A DNA stretch of 64,000 nt from an uncultured bacterium. Lineage in GTDB: Bacteria; Chloroflexota; UBA5177; JANWHV01. The DNA is taken from the NCBI GenBank assembly GCA_963729625.1, contig CAVSOU010000008.1, forward strand, positions 832,001-896,000, written 5' to 3'. This document shows, one piece after another, positions 21,119 through 30,569 of this stretch. A model generated the notes under the pieces. That model ran no database searches. It was not told the origin of the DNA and saw only the letters and a program-made list of their open reading frames with translations. The position numbers and the translations under genes are program-made. Numbering within the stretch: the first letter of the stretch is position 1; each line of letters starts with the position of its first letter.

Positions 21119-21599
21119 ACTGAACCTCCGAATTGTGGTGCAGCGGGAACCACCGCGAAGAATGCGACGAGCGCGGTAGTTCGGCTCATGCACAGCAGGA
21201 AAACATAATGGGAGAACGAAAAAGGACCAGGAAAGCACACTGAAGCAGTTCGCCGTTCTGATGCACTGCGACGGCAAACCTCCTAAGATCGTACGTTTAC
21301 ACACGGCCGAAAGGAATACCTGCCTGGCACACAGTGCGCGGCCAGTCGGATACTGAATCGCACTCAGCAGGATTGTGCCCGTACACGTGGATTGCGATTG
21401 GCGCCATCGGGCCGGCAGATAGAGGCATTCAGGCCCAGACATTTGGGTCATTGATGAGCGGGCTTCGCGCCACTACTATGGCATCGTCGCAGGGACCTGG
21501 ATGTCGTCAGTGCGATGACTGTCAGCCGAGTTGTCGGACATGAAACAAGGCGGTAGCTGAGCGCGCCGCGGCATAACCGCTCACTCTATTTGAAGTCGG

Positions 21600-21675
21600 A
21601 TCGGCAAAGGCAAACCTGCCGTGAGGCAGGGGAGCAAAGTCGTGGGGCTCGGCAAGCCAGTCAGGCTGCACAGAG
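21600..21675 (+). ncRNA. c-di-GMP-I (GEMM-I)-like riboswitch
   Basis: GGCAAA-CCUGCC-GUGA-GGCAGG-GGAGCAAA-GUC..GGCU-cggca-AGCC-AGUC-AGGCUGC follows the GEMM layout (GNRA-capped P2, GCAAA junction, P3); ~50 nt upstream of the gene; P1 not clear. Confidence 0.65.
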
Positions 21676-21725
21676 GGACATTCTCTCGGTCAGGCTCTTG
21701 CCCCGTGGCAGAAAGGGTAGGGGTC

Positions 21726-23765
21726 TTGCTAAAACGAATTGCACCCTGTCTACTGGTGGCAGCAATCGTGGGCCTTCCTCGCGCCGCAGCTCTGCCAACC
21801 ACACTATCTCGTCTGTCGAGCGCGCATGCAGCGTCCAGCAGCGTATGGTACGTACGCGACATGGGCATGACGCCGGTGACGCACGACACCGTCTGCAACC
21901 AGATGAGCCAGACCAATATGACCCGCATGGTCGGCTACGTGGCGCAATTCCATGCCAACTATGCCTCCGACGATGTCCCCCTGGGCGATGCTTCGAACTT
22001 CAACTGCAAGTTCGGCTCCGGCAACTCCCTGCTCCAGCCGTACGACTACATGAAGAAGTGGGCGGCGACCATGCGCGCTGCTGGGCTGCACGTGATGTTC
22101 CGGGGCAACTGGAATACCTGGAAGGTCTCGAACGGCACCGGCAACTACGGGCAGCCGTCGCTAACCTATCTCACTTCGCCAGCCATTCCCTACGAGGGGC
22201 CGGGTGGACTGGCGGCGGTGCTACGCGGCGCCGACACCACTTCGTACATCGGCAAAACCTACCAGTGGATCCTGCACCACCCCGATGTGTACCAGGATGG
22301 CGACATCTTCGAGCCCTTTGGCGAGGCACAGAACAACGGCATTCTCAATGGCCCCCGCGGTTCGACCCTGTGCAGTGCTCCGTACTGCCAGTTCCCCACC
22401 ACGGCCGCCTTCAACCAGTGGCTCAGCGATTTCAGCCAGGCAGACCAGGCCGCGTTCACTGCCATTGGCAAGAAGGTGACCTCAGGCTGGTTTGGCCTTT
22501 CAGGCGACTCGTACAATTATCTGACCGCGGCGGCGATGTCGCACAGCAGCGCCTACAACCTGGACCACTTCAATCCACAGTGCAGTTTTTCGCATTGGCA
22601 GGCGGGGGTGACCGGCAGCCATGCTGCGATGCCCAACATGACGATAGCGCTGGAGTTTGGCGACAACTGCGACACCGACGCCACGGTGCAGCAGGTGGCC
22701 GCCACTACCGACCAGTACTTGGGCTGGCTGGTGCAGCAGCCGTACGTCAGCGGCGTTGAATGGTGGGACGAGTCGGGCCAGGGTCCCGGCGCCCAATCCG
22801 CGGCGGTCGACTACGGCACGGGCCAGATGACGCCGGCCGGTCAGGTGGTGGCGAAGTATTTTGCGCTGATGGATGGTGGGGCCGCGCCAACAGCCACGTC
22901 CACGAGCACGCCAGTACCGCCGGCCCCGACGAAGACGCCCGTTCCGCCGACTGCCACGAACACTGTGGCGCCGCCGACCGTGACGAAGACGCCCATCGCG
23001 CCGATCGCTACGTCGACACGCACGCCGGTATCGCCGACCGCGACGAAGACGCACATTCCGCCGACTGCCACGAATACCGCGGCGCCGGCGACCGCGACGA
23101 ACACGCCCATTCCACCAACGGCCACGAACACTGCGGTGCCGACGACACCGCCTGCACCAGGGCGAATCGCGTTCGTGCAGAGCACTGCCCAGCTGGGCCA
23201 GGGTTCCAGCCTGACGTCAAGTTACGCTAGTATCGTGGGAGCGGGCGATTTGCTGGTCGGCACCTTCCGAAGCCAGGGCTCGACATCGGTGAGTGACAAG
23301 CTCAACGGTGCATGGACCCAGGCAGCAAAATGTGGCGTGGTAACTATCTGGTACGCGGCCAACGCCAAAGCTGGCGCGACCACGGTCACGCTCACCAGCG
23401 GCAGCGTAGGGCAGATGCGGATCAGCCTATCCGAGTACTCTGGCGCCGCTAGGGCGAGTCCCCTGGATGCAACCGCGTGCAGCGCCGGCTCGACCACCGG
23501 GGTAACCGCTACTTCCGGCGCGGCAATACCGGCGGGAGAGCTCGCGTACGCCGGCCTGGGCAGCGGTAGCAACCCCGCTACAGTAACGGCGGGAACCATT
23601 GGCAGTCGACCGGCTACGCTCCGCGCCCAGATGACCGGAAACGCCGGCACAATCGCCGTAGAGGATGTGACGGCCACCGCGGCAGGCCAGCAGAATGCAA
23701 GCATGACCTTGAGCGCCTCCAGCGGCGGCTGGAACGTGGGCCTGGTCACGTTCAAGCATCAGTAG
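21726..23765 (+). CDS. Secreted putative clan GH-A-like glycoside hydrolase + Pro/Thr repeat linker + C-terminal beta domain
   Basis: TTG start after purine-rich RBS; signal peptide; GLHVMFRGNW, FEPFGEAQN, NLDHF, IALEFGD, GVEWW; paralogue at 26960-28111. Confidence 0.72.
   Translation: MLKRIAPCLLVAAIVGLPRAAALPTTLSRLSSAHAASSSVWYVRDMGMTPVTHDTVCNQMSQTNMTRMVGYVAQFHANYASDDVPLGDASNFNCKFGSGNSLLQPYDYMKKWAATMRAAGLHVMFRGNWNTWKVSNGTGNYGQPSLTYLTSPAIPYEGPGGLAAVLRGADTTSYIGKTYQWILHHPDVYQDGDIFEPFGEAQNNGILNGPRGSTLCSAPYCQFPTTAAFNQWLSDFSQADQAAFTAIGKKVTSGWFGLSGDSYNYLTAAAMSHSSAYNLDHFNPQCSFSHWQAGVTGSHAAMPNMTIALEFGDNCDTDATVQQVAATTDQYLGWLVQQPYVSGVEWWDESGQGPGAQSAAVDYGTGQMTPAGQVVAKYFALMDGGAAPTATSTSTPVPPAPTKTPVPPTATNTVAPPTVTKTPIAPIATSTRTPVSPTATKTHIPPTATNTAAPATATNTPIPPTATNTAVPTTPPAPGRIAFVQSTAQLGQGSSLTSSYASIVGAGDLLVGTFRSQGSTSVSDKLNGAWTQAAKCGVVTIWYAANAKAGATTVTLTSGSVGQMRISLSEYSGAARASPLDATACSAGSTTGVTATSGAAIPAGELAYAGLGSGSNPATVTAGTIGSRPATLRAQMTGNAGTIAVEDVTATAAGQQNASMTLSASSGGWNVGLVTFKHQ
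22886..23160 (+). repeat. Pro/Thr-rich tandem linker repeats (PxPPTATxT)
   Basis: Repeated ccgccgac(t/c)gc(c/g)acgaa units of ~27 nt. Confidence 0.8.
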
Positions 23766-23916
23766 CAGTCCGTGCTCAGCGGGTCCAGACCTGCCTTTCC
23801 GCTCTACAGGCAGGGACCATGCGGAGGTTGGAGGAGCCACAGCGTAGTTGTCCGGCCATCCTATCCCAAGAGAATAACCAATGCCGCGGCTCACTCGGCC
23901 GATGCCGAGCGGAGAC

Positions 23917-26900
23917 TCACGGTGTGGTGACGAGGGCGTTGTCGTATTCCGGGGTGTTCGAGGCTCGGAAGCCGATCATTCCGCTGGCGAGGCTGCTGTC
24001 CTGGATGGACTTGAGCACTGTGTTGCCAATCGAGGCCGTGATCGTGGTGCCGCTGAACGACAGCCGGAGGGTATACCACGTACCGGTCACGGGGCTGAAG
24101 GGGCCGGAGGCAAGCTGGGTGAACGTGCCGCCGACCCGCTTGGCCAGCTGCCAGGTGGTGCCATCATGCAACAAGAGCATATAGGTGTCGTTGAAGTCAT
24201 GCCAGCGGCCTGTAATGCCGAACGGCGCGACACCGCCCGGAGCTTTGACGCTGGCCGAGAAGGTGTAGTTCGTCCAGCCGGCACTCCCAGCGGTCAACTC
24301 GGATGCGCCGCCGATGGTGGCAGTTTGCTGGACCATGTGCGATTGATCCTGCCCTACCTTCCAGGTGCCGCCGCTCGAGATGGTCCAACCTGCTGGACTG
24401 GCGCCGACCGTGTCGGACTCAAACGTATCCGAGAACAGCGTTCCACTCGGCGTGGGCGAGCTTGTGGGGGAGATTGTTGGCGAGGTGGTCGACGTGGGTA
24501 TGGGCGAGAGCGTACTCGTCGGGCTCGGTGTGGCTGCGAGCGTAGTCGTTGGGCTCGGCGTGGCCGCGAGCGTGCTGGTCGGGGTTGGTGTGGCGGCAGG
24601 CGCCGATCCGGTAACGAGCACGTTGTCGTATTCCGGAGTGGACAAGGTATGGAAGCCAACCAAACCGCCGGTCAGGCTGGCATCCTTGACGGTCTTGAGT
24701 ACGGTACTGTCAATGGAGGCCGTGATTGTGGAGCCGCTGAAAGCGAGCTGAAGGGTATACCAGGTGCCGGCCACCTGCGTGAAAGTCCCAGAGCCAATCT
24801 GTGAGAACGTGCCGTTCACCCGTTTGGCTAGCTGCCAGCCCGTACCGTTTCGCAGCAGCAGCAAGTAGGTGTCGTTGAAGTCGTGCCAGCGGCCGAGAAT
24901 GCCGAATGCAGCAGTGCCGCCTGGCGCTTTAACATCGACCGACACCGTGTAGTCGGTCCAGCCGGGATTCCCCGCCGTCAGCTCCGCAGCAGAGGACACG
25001 GTGGCGGTCTGCGTCACGACATGTGATTGATCAAGCGAGACGGACCACGCACCACCCGTGGCAGTCCAGCCAGCCGGCGCGCTACCGATTGGGTCGGCTT
25101 CGAAGTTGTCGGCGAACAATGTACCGCTCGGGGTGGGTGAGCTCGTAGGGGAGCTGGTTGGTGAAGCAGTCGATGTGGATGAAGGCCCGGGCGTGTTCGT
25201 CGGCGTTGGCGTGGCGGGCGTGCCAGACGACGTGGGCGTGTTCGTCGGCGTTGGCGTCGCGGACAAGAGACCGTAGACATCCAGCACGCCCGAGAACGTA
25301 GCCAGGTAGACCTTGCCGTTCGCAATTGTCGGCGACACGAACTTTGCCCGGTTTCCCACGGCGTCCCGCGCCGCATTCTGATCGCTGTTCCAGAGCTCCT
25401 TGGTTACATCCGAGGCGTCGAAGGCGCGCAGGATGCCCGTTCGGGTCTGGGTGTCGCTGTTCCCGCTGCTGGCCATCGCAGACCAGAGAATGCCGGTGCC
25501 GGGAGTGGCGCCGTTAGCGGATATCGACATCTGGCCGGCTCCGTCCTGCAGCGCGGCGATCGCGCTTTGTGAGATCGGCGTGGTGGCGAAGAGCCTGTTG
25601 GCGAAGTGGAACTGCTTGAGGTGGTCGGTATCGCCCCAGGTGTACATGAACGCGCCGTTCGGGCCATTCCAGTAGACGGGGGTACCTCCGATATGCATGT
25701 CGGTGCCCGGCGTCACCTGGAACTCCTGCACTACGTTATCGGTAGTATTGAACCCGCCCATATGCCCTGTATCGGTATCGACGACGTAGAGCTTGCCCTC
25801 CTTGCCGCCCCCAACGACAAGGTTGGTGTCCGGCACCAGGAGGACTCCGGATGAGCCCAGATCCAGGTCCCGGGTGTTGAGAGTCACCTGATCGCTCGGC
25901 GAGAAATAGTCAAGGATCGAGCCCGTTGGGCTCACCTTGACAAAGCTATCGCCGTAGCTGAATCCACCGCTTCCGATCGTGAGGGCGCCGTTCCCCGTCA
26001 TCGCGTAGATGTTGCCATTAGTGTCCGCGGCCGGCCCTGCCCCGCTTTGCCAGATGCCGGCTGCCTGGGTATCCGGAGACAGATTGACCACAACCGTCTG
26101 CTGCTGGACGTTGCTCGCGTTGTAGCCAAGCAGCCAGCCGTTGTACGGCTCCTGCTCCCCGTGCCCGGCGAAGGCAATGTAGACGGTGCCGTTGGCCAGC
26201 AGCAGAGACGACCGCTGCAGCTGTTTGAAAGCGCGGAACGTGACGATCCCACCACTGCTGTTCGAGCCGGAGCCCGGCACCGTGGCGCCGATGACGACCG
26301 GACTGCTGGGTTGTTCGGAGCCGGTCCGGATGTCGAGCGCGTGCAGGCGGAAGAAGTAGGTTGCCGTGCCATTCACGGTCTCTTTTGTAAAGGCCACCAC
26401 GTAGACCGTGTTGCTGGCCGGGTCGATCACCGGCGTGCTGAGAATGCCGACTTCGACCGAGATATCGTGAAAGCTGGTGCCAAAGTCGGACGCCGGGGAG
26501 GACGGCCCGAGGTTGACACTCCACAACGGCGCGCTTTGCGCCGGGTCATCGGCGTCGAATGCATAGACTGTGTTATGCATCGTGGCGACATAGACGACGT
26601 TGTGGATGCCTCCCGCGATGCTGACGCCCGGCACGTAAAGGGGCTGAGCATAGATCTGGCCATCTACGGCGCGCGTGAAGATCCGGCCAAACTGCGAGAC
26701 ATTCACGTTAGACGTAGTAAGGGTCGTTTCGTTCAGGTTGTCGCCCGAGCGATTGTTGTCGTTACGTTGGGTCAGAACGCTGGCCTCAGGCGCGGCCCGG
26801 CTCTGCGATACTGTGAATGCACGCATCCCGGGCACGGGCATGACGACCACCGCGAGCACGAGCGCCCACACAAAGAGGGATCGTCGCAGATACAGGCTGC

Positions 26901-26949
26901 TGTGAGAGCCTGCCGGGGAAACGCTCGGGTGCGCGACGTTACGATGCAT
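23917..26949 (-). CDS. Secreted PQQ-like beta-propeller protein with two C-terminal lectin-like modules
   Basis: AAGGAG RBS; VLTQRNDNNRSG...VDGQIYAQPLYV, GIWQSG, DLDLGSSG, KFVSPTIANGKVY; two TLF(A/S)DxFE modules. Confidence 0.88.
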   Translation of the reverse strand: MHRNVAHPSVSPAGSHSSLYLRRSLFVWALVLAVVVMPVPGMRAFTVSQSRAAPEASVLTQRNDNNRSGDNLNETTLTTSNVNVSQFGRIFTRAVDGQIYAQPLYVPGVSIAGGIHNVVYVATMHNTVYAFDADDPAQSAPLWSVNLGPSSPASDFGTSFHDISVEVGILSTPVIDPASNTVYVVAFTKETVNGTATYFFRLHALDIRTGSEQPSSPVVIGATVPGSGSNSSGGIVTFRAFKQLQRSSLLLANGTVYIAFAGHGEQEPYNGWLLGYNASNVQQQTVVVNLSPDTQAAGIWQSGAGPAADTNGNIYAMTGNGALTIGSGGFSYGDSFVKVSPTGSILDYFSPSDQVTLNTRDLDLGSSGVLLVPDTNLVVGGGKEGKLYVVDTDTGHMGGFNTTDNVVQEFQVTPGTDMHIGGTPVYWNGPNGAFMYTWGDTDHLKQFHFANRLFATTPISQSAIAALQDGAGQMSISANGATPGTGILWSAMASSGNSDTQTRTGILRAFDASDVTKELWNSDQNAARDAVGNRAKFVSPTIANGKVYLATFSGVLDVYGLLSATPTPTNTPTSSGTPATPTPTNTPGPSSTSTASPTSSPTSSPTPSGTLFADNFEADPIGSAPAGWTATGGAWSVSLDQSHVVTQTATVSSAAELTAGNPGWTDYTVSVDVKAPGGTAAFGILGRWHDFNDTYLLLLRNGTGWQLAKRVNGTFSQIGSGTFTQVAGTWYTLQLAFSGSTITASIDSTVLKTVKDASLTGGLVGFHTLSTPEYDNVLVTGSAPAATPTPTSTLAATPSPTTTLAATPSPTSTLSPIPTSTTSPTISPTSSPTPSGTLFSDTFESDTVGASPAGWTISSGGTWKVGQDQSHMVQQTATIGGASELTAGSAGWTNYTFSASVKAPGGVAPFGITGRWHDFNDTYMLLLHDGTTWQLAKRVGGTFTQLASGPFSPVTGTWYTLRLSFSGTTITASIGNTVLKSIQDSSLASGMIGFRASNTPEYDNALVTTP

Positions 26950-26959
26950 CGATACTCCT

Positions 26960-28111
26960 TTACTGTGCGGACCGCAGGGTCATAGCTTCGAACCACTTGG
27001 CCACTATCCGGCCGGTTGGGGTCAGCGCGCCTGTTCTCAGGTCGATTGCCCGCTCGGGGGCGGTGGGGCTGTTCCCGGTGAGCTGCCAGTACTCCACTCC
27101 CGCGATATACGGCTGCTGGGCCATCCAGCCCATGATCCGATCGGTGGTGTTCGCCGTGGAGGGCTGGGCACCGCCTTCTTCCGTGTCGCCCCATTCCACG
27201 ACGATTGGCTTGTGGAAGGCATTCCAACTTGCCTGAAGCTCTGCAGTGAAGCGGTTGAAATCGATCGTGAAATGGTCGACGTTGTAGACGTCGGCATACG
27301 CCAGTGCCTGCGGCGCCACATACGTGTACGAGTCGCCTGCGAGGCCGAACCAGCCCGAGGTTACCTTCTTGCCGATGGCATCGAATGCATCCTGGTCGGC
27401 CCGGCCAAAATCGCTAAGCCACTGGTTGAAGGCGGCCGTCGAGGGGAACTGGCACACCTGCTTGGGGCAGTGCGCCGCTGAGGTACCGCGAGGCCCGTTA
27501 GCGATCCCGTCGTTTTGTGGTTCCCCGAATGGCTCGAAGATATCGCCGCTCTGAAAAGGGGCCGCATGGTGCAGGATCCACTGGTAGGTCAAGCCGATAT
27601 AGGAGTCGACGTCCGCGCCGCTCTGCGCCGCTGCCGGACCACGAGTCGTCTCAAAAGGAATGGCCGGGCTCGTGCTATACGAAAGCTTGGCCTGGCCGTA
27701 GTCCCCCGCCCAATGATTCCAGTTTCCGCGAAAGAGTACGTGGAGCCCAGCCGCGTGGATGGTCTGCGTCCAGGCCTGCAAATAGCCATACGGCGACATC
27801 GGCCCTACATGGCAGTTGAAGCCCGAGGCATCGTCAAAAGGCACGCTCACGGAGGCAACGTTCGCGTGGAACCGGGCAATATAACCGACCAGGTGTGTCA
27901 TGTCAGCCTGGTCGTATTGGTGGCAGAGCGTATTGTGGGTGAGACTCGTCAAGCCCATGTCGCGCACCAGCCAGCCGCCTGTCGGCGCGGCTGCTGCAAT
28001 GGCCGCACGAGCAGCCTGACCCCGGATCTGTCCGCTGGAAATGAGCAGCGCCGCTACAGCGACGAAGGCGGGCAGGCGGCCGATCGTGTGGAGCAATGAG
28101 CGATGTGCCAT
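26960..28111 (-). CDS. Secreted putative clan GH-A-like glycoside hydrolase (single domain)
   Basis: Signal peptide; GLHVLFRGNW, FEPFGEPQN, NVDHF, KPIVVEWG, GVEYW; paralogue of 21726-23765. Confidence 0.72.
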   Translation of the reverse strand: MAHRSLLHTIGRLPAFVAVAALLISSGQIRGQAARAAIAAAAPTGGWLVRDMGLTSLTHNTLCHQYDQADMTHLVGYIARFHANVASVSVPFDDASGFNCHVGPMSPYGYLQAWTQTIHAAGLHVLFRGNWNHWAGDYGQAKLSYSTSPAIPFETTRGPAAAQSGADVDSYIGLTYQWILHHAAPFQSGDIFEPFGEPQNDGIANGPRGTSAAHCPKQVCQFPSTAAFNQWLSDFGRADQDAFDAIGKKVTSGWFGLAGDSYTYVAPQALAYADVYNVDHFTIDFNRFTAELQASWNAFHKPIVVEWGDTEEGGAQPSTANTTDRIMGWMAQQPYIAGVEYWQLTGNSPTAPERAIDLRTGALTPTGRIVAKWFEAMTLRSAQ

Positions 28112-28518
28112 GTACTGACCAATCTGGAAGCGACACAGGCTCAACGACTCTCCGCGATCGGATTGCCGTCGCAGGCTACCGTTGCAGCCGGGTGAGCCGC
28201 CAAAGTGAGAGACATGGGAACACGATGCGGCTCATTTCGCGCTCACACCATCGTAGACGACGAGCCATGCTCCACGCAGCACCTCGTCGGATACTAGTTA
28301 GGTCCAGCCGGGTATGAAACAGACCCTCCATCTGGTGCGCGCTTATCCAGCCGATCTGCTGGAACTCCAATCGCGGGGAACGCCCGCAGCGGTCAAACGG
28401 CAGCGATGCCCCGGCTTCGACGCCGCGGCTTTGCGCGCTATCGCGTTCTGATCTACGGAGCGCTCAAGAAGGTGGCGAGAGGGGGGCGAAGATAGCCAGA
28501 CACGGCGGTCGGCACGAT

Positions 28519-29301
28519 CTAGAGCAGGCTGACGATCGCGGCAAACCGGCCCGTGCGATGGTGGTCGCCCCGGTGCGAGAAGTACTCGTCCCTGTGGCAG
28601 CGCGTGCAGATGCCGGACAGGTCGATGCGGGCATCGTCCAACCCCGCATCAAGTAACTGGCGCCTCGCGGCGTCCCACAGGTCGACGTAACGGCCGCGTA
28701 TATGAGGCGCGAAGGAACCCGGCAACTCGCGGTCCGGATCGGTGAACTCCGCGCAGCACGGTCCCAGTCCCGGCCCGATGCCTGCAAGCATCAGGTGCGG
28801 GTTGCTGCCGTAGCTGGCGTGCATGGCCGCGATCGTGGTGCCGATGCTGCCGGCGACGAGCCCGCGCCAGCCGGCGTGCGTCAAGGCGACGGCTGGTGTC
28901 ACGGGGTCAAGGAGGATGATTTGCAGGCAATCGGCGGCAGTTATCAGCAGCGGCCTTCCCGGCGTTGCCGAGATCAGGGCGTCCACGGCGGAGACGAGCA
29001 TGCTGCCATCTGGCATCGATACCACCGGAGCGGTCTCCACTGCCGCTACGTCAGCCCCATGTACGAGGCCGGCCACGGTTGGGGCTACCCCGCCCAGATC
29101 GAGGGCGGCCATGCAGCGTCGGCGGTTCTCCGCGACGCAGTCCTTGCTGTCTCCTACCGTGAACGACACGTTGAGCGAATGGAAGTCGCCGGTGCTGACC
29201 CCGCCATGGCGAGTGAAGATGCCGTGCGCCACCATCCGGCCATACGGAGCGAAGACCGGGATGTGCCGAACGGGCGAGTTCATTGCTGTGTCACGGTTCA
29301 C
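28519..29301 (-). CDS. pgeF: PgeF/YfiH purine nucleoside phosphorylase (laccase-domain protein)
   Basis: FTRHGGVS...SLN, VHG, ADC, HAGWRG, GIGP, CT, FSHR. Confidence 0.93.
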   Translation of the reverse strand: MNRDTAMNSPVRHIPVFAPYGRMVAHGIFTRHGGVSTGDFHSLNVSFTVGDSKDCVAENRRRCMAALDLGGVAPTVAGLVHGADVAAVETAPVVSMPDGSMLVSAVDALISATPGRPLLITAADCLQIILLDPVTPAVALTHAGWRGLVAGSIGTTIAAMHASYGSNPHLMLAGIGPGLGPCCAEFTDPDRELPGSFAPHIRGRYVDLWDAARRQLLDAGLDDARIDLSGICTRCHRDEYFSHRGDHHRTGRFAAIVSLL

Positions 29302-29514
29302 AGTGTAGCGTGCACAGGAGGGATCGAGTTACTCCATCCTGGCAGGAGCTAGACGTGCCGGCGTCACTCGTGGCGTTGTACCAGAGCATTTCCCTTCGGT
29401 TTCAGGCATAGAGTACCTATGAGCCCCTTTTACCAAGGTCCGCAAGGCGCGACAATAGAGCCGGGGCAATCGCCGCGCCCCTGTTGAGAGTTGTGCATGC
29501 AAGGTGATGGTTCG

Positions 29515-30201
29515 ATGAGCAGCAAACAAGTGGCTATCGACTGCCCCAATCCGCAGTGCGCGGCTCCCGCGGCGCTAGGCGCGTGCACCCGCTTCTCCAC
29601 TGGATTCGGACTCCAGCTGGGCGGAGGCCGCATGGAGGCATCTCGCTGGGACGATACACACTGCCTCGTCTGCGGACATTTTTCCTCCCCCTACACAGGG
29701 ATAGAACGGCTTGGGCGCGACCTCAATTCCGACTCTGCCTGGCTTTCTGCCGTGGACCGCGCGCTCCATCAGGCTCGAAAGGCAGGCCTTGGGGTGTTCT
29801 TGGCCATGCACGATCTGGATAGTCACGACCTTTTGGCCATGCGGCGAGCGACCCAGGGCCTTCGCACGCTACGCGACATGCTGGAGTCGGTGCCGTCATT
29901 CCCGCAGGTCGGCTTGCTGCGCGTGCAGATCGACGCCGACGTTCCGGGGGTTTTCGGCGTCGCGCACGGTGAGGCGGAGAGCGAGCCCTTCGCCCGTAAA
30001 GTGCGGGTCCTGGGCCGGCTGCTTGGTGCGCAGAGCGCGGAATCGGCTCCCCGCCATTGCGCGGGCGTCGAAGCGCACCTATCCTGGTACTTCTATGATC
30101 GAGATACGTTCATGGGTCTGCTGAGCGTCGACAGAAATCGCGGCTACCGTGGCAGCGAGACGATCGACGGCTGCCTCGATCGGCTGCTCCACGCGAATTG
30201 A
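29515..30201 (+). CDS. Hypothetical protein with Cys clusters
   Basis: Fills the gap between pgeF and the kinase; CPNPQC...C...CLVCGH; no family recognised. Confidence 0.55.
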   Translation: MSSKQVAIDCPNPQCAAPAALGACTRFSTGFGLQLGGGRMEASRWDDTHCLVCGHFSSPYTGIERLGRDLNSDSAWLSAVDRALHQARKAGLGVFLAMHDLDSHDLLAMRRATQGLRTLRDMLESVPSFPQVGLLRVQIDADVPGVFGVAHGEAESEPFARKVRVLGRLLGAQSAESAPRHCAGVEAHLSWYFYDRDTFMGLLSVDRNRGYRGSETIDGCLDRLLHAN

Positions 30202-30569
30202 GCGGATGCCCGTGAGTGTGCCGCTTCTACTGCGCACAGCCCGATGCCGAGAGCGGCATGGGGCGTGCGTTTGAGCAGGTCGACACGGACGAAATCAATT
30301 CGGCCCGTACGTCCCATGCGTTCGACGCCGTACAGGCGGTCCCGCTCTCGGACCATGCGGTCTGGCTCATCTTCTCGCTTCGAGGTAGACTGCCACCGTC
30401 GGTATGTGGCCGGTCGCGCCAGTGGCGACCATGGTTTCGGTGCATTGCCCGGCGCTGCTGAGGGCCGGACGAATGGAACAAACGTTGTGATGAGATGATG
30501 CGGCGGCTTCGCACTGCCCGTTGCACGAGACCGCCGAGACAGACCAACAGCACGCGATTGGTGAAATAG

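Noticed and set aside
21119-21451. Extension of the 1663-aa ORF, and a GGCAAACC at ~21273
   Set aside because: RBS and signal peptide place the start at 21118; that GGCAAACC has no P2 hairpin or GCAAA junction
21590-22759. 389-aa alternative-frame ORF and many other overlapping or antisense ORFs (e.g. 2158..2952, 5840..7123, 33887..34930, 58170..59357)
   Set aside because: Shadow ORFs of high-GC genes; Arg/Ala/Pro-rich with no motifs
22886-23160. Regular short repeats as a CRISPR array
   Set aside because: In-frame Pro/Thr linker codons, no unique spacers, no cas genes
16463-25130. Repeated module as a diversity-generating retroelement TR/VR pair
   Set aside because: All copies are in-frame coding, differences do not appear adenine-specific, and there is no reverse transcriptase
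28395-28445. Half GEMM-like motif on the minus strand (GCGCAAAGCC...GCUGCCG) upstream of the second GH-like gene
   Set aside because: Lacks the GGCAAA/P2 half; too incomplete to call
30216-30461. 81-aa ORF between the hypothetical gene and the kinase
   Set aside because: No RBS or motif; cannot be supported
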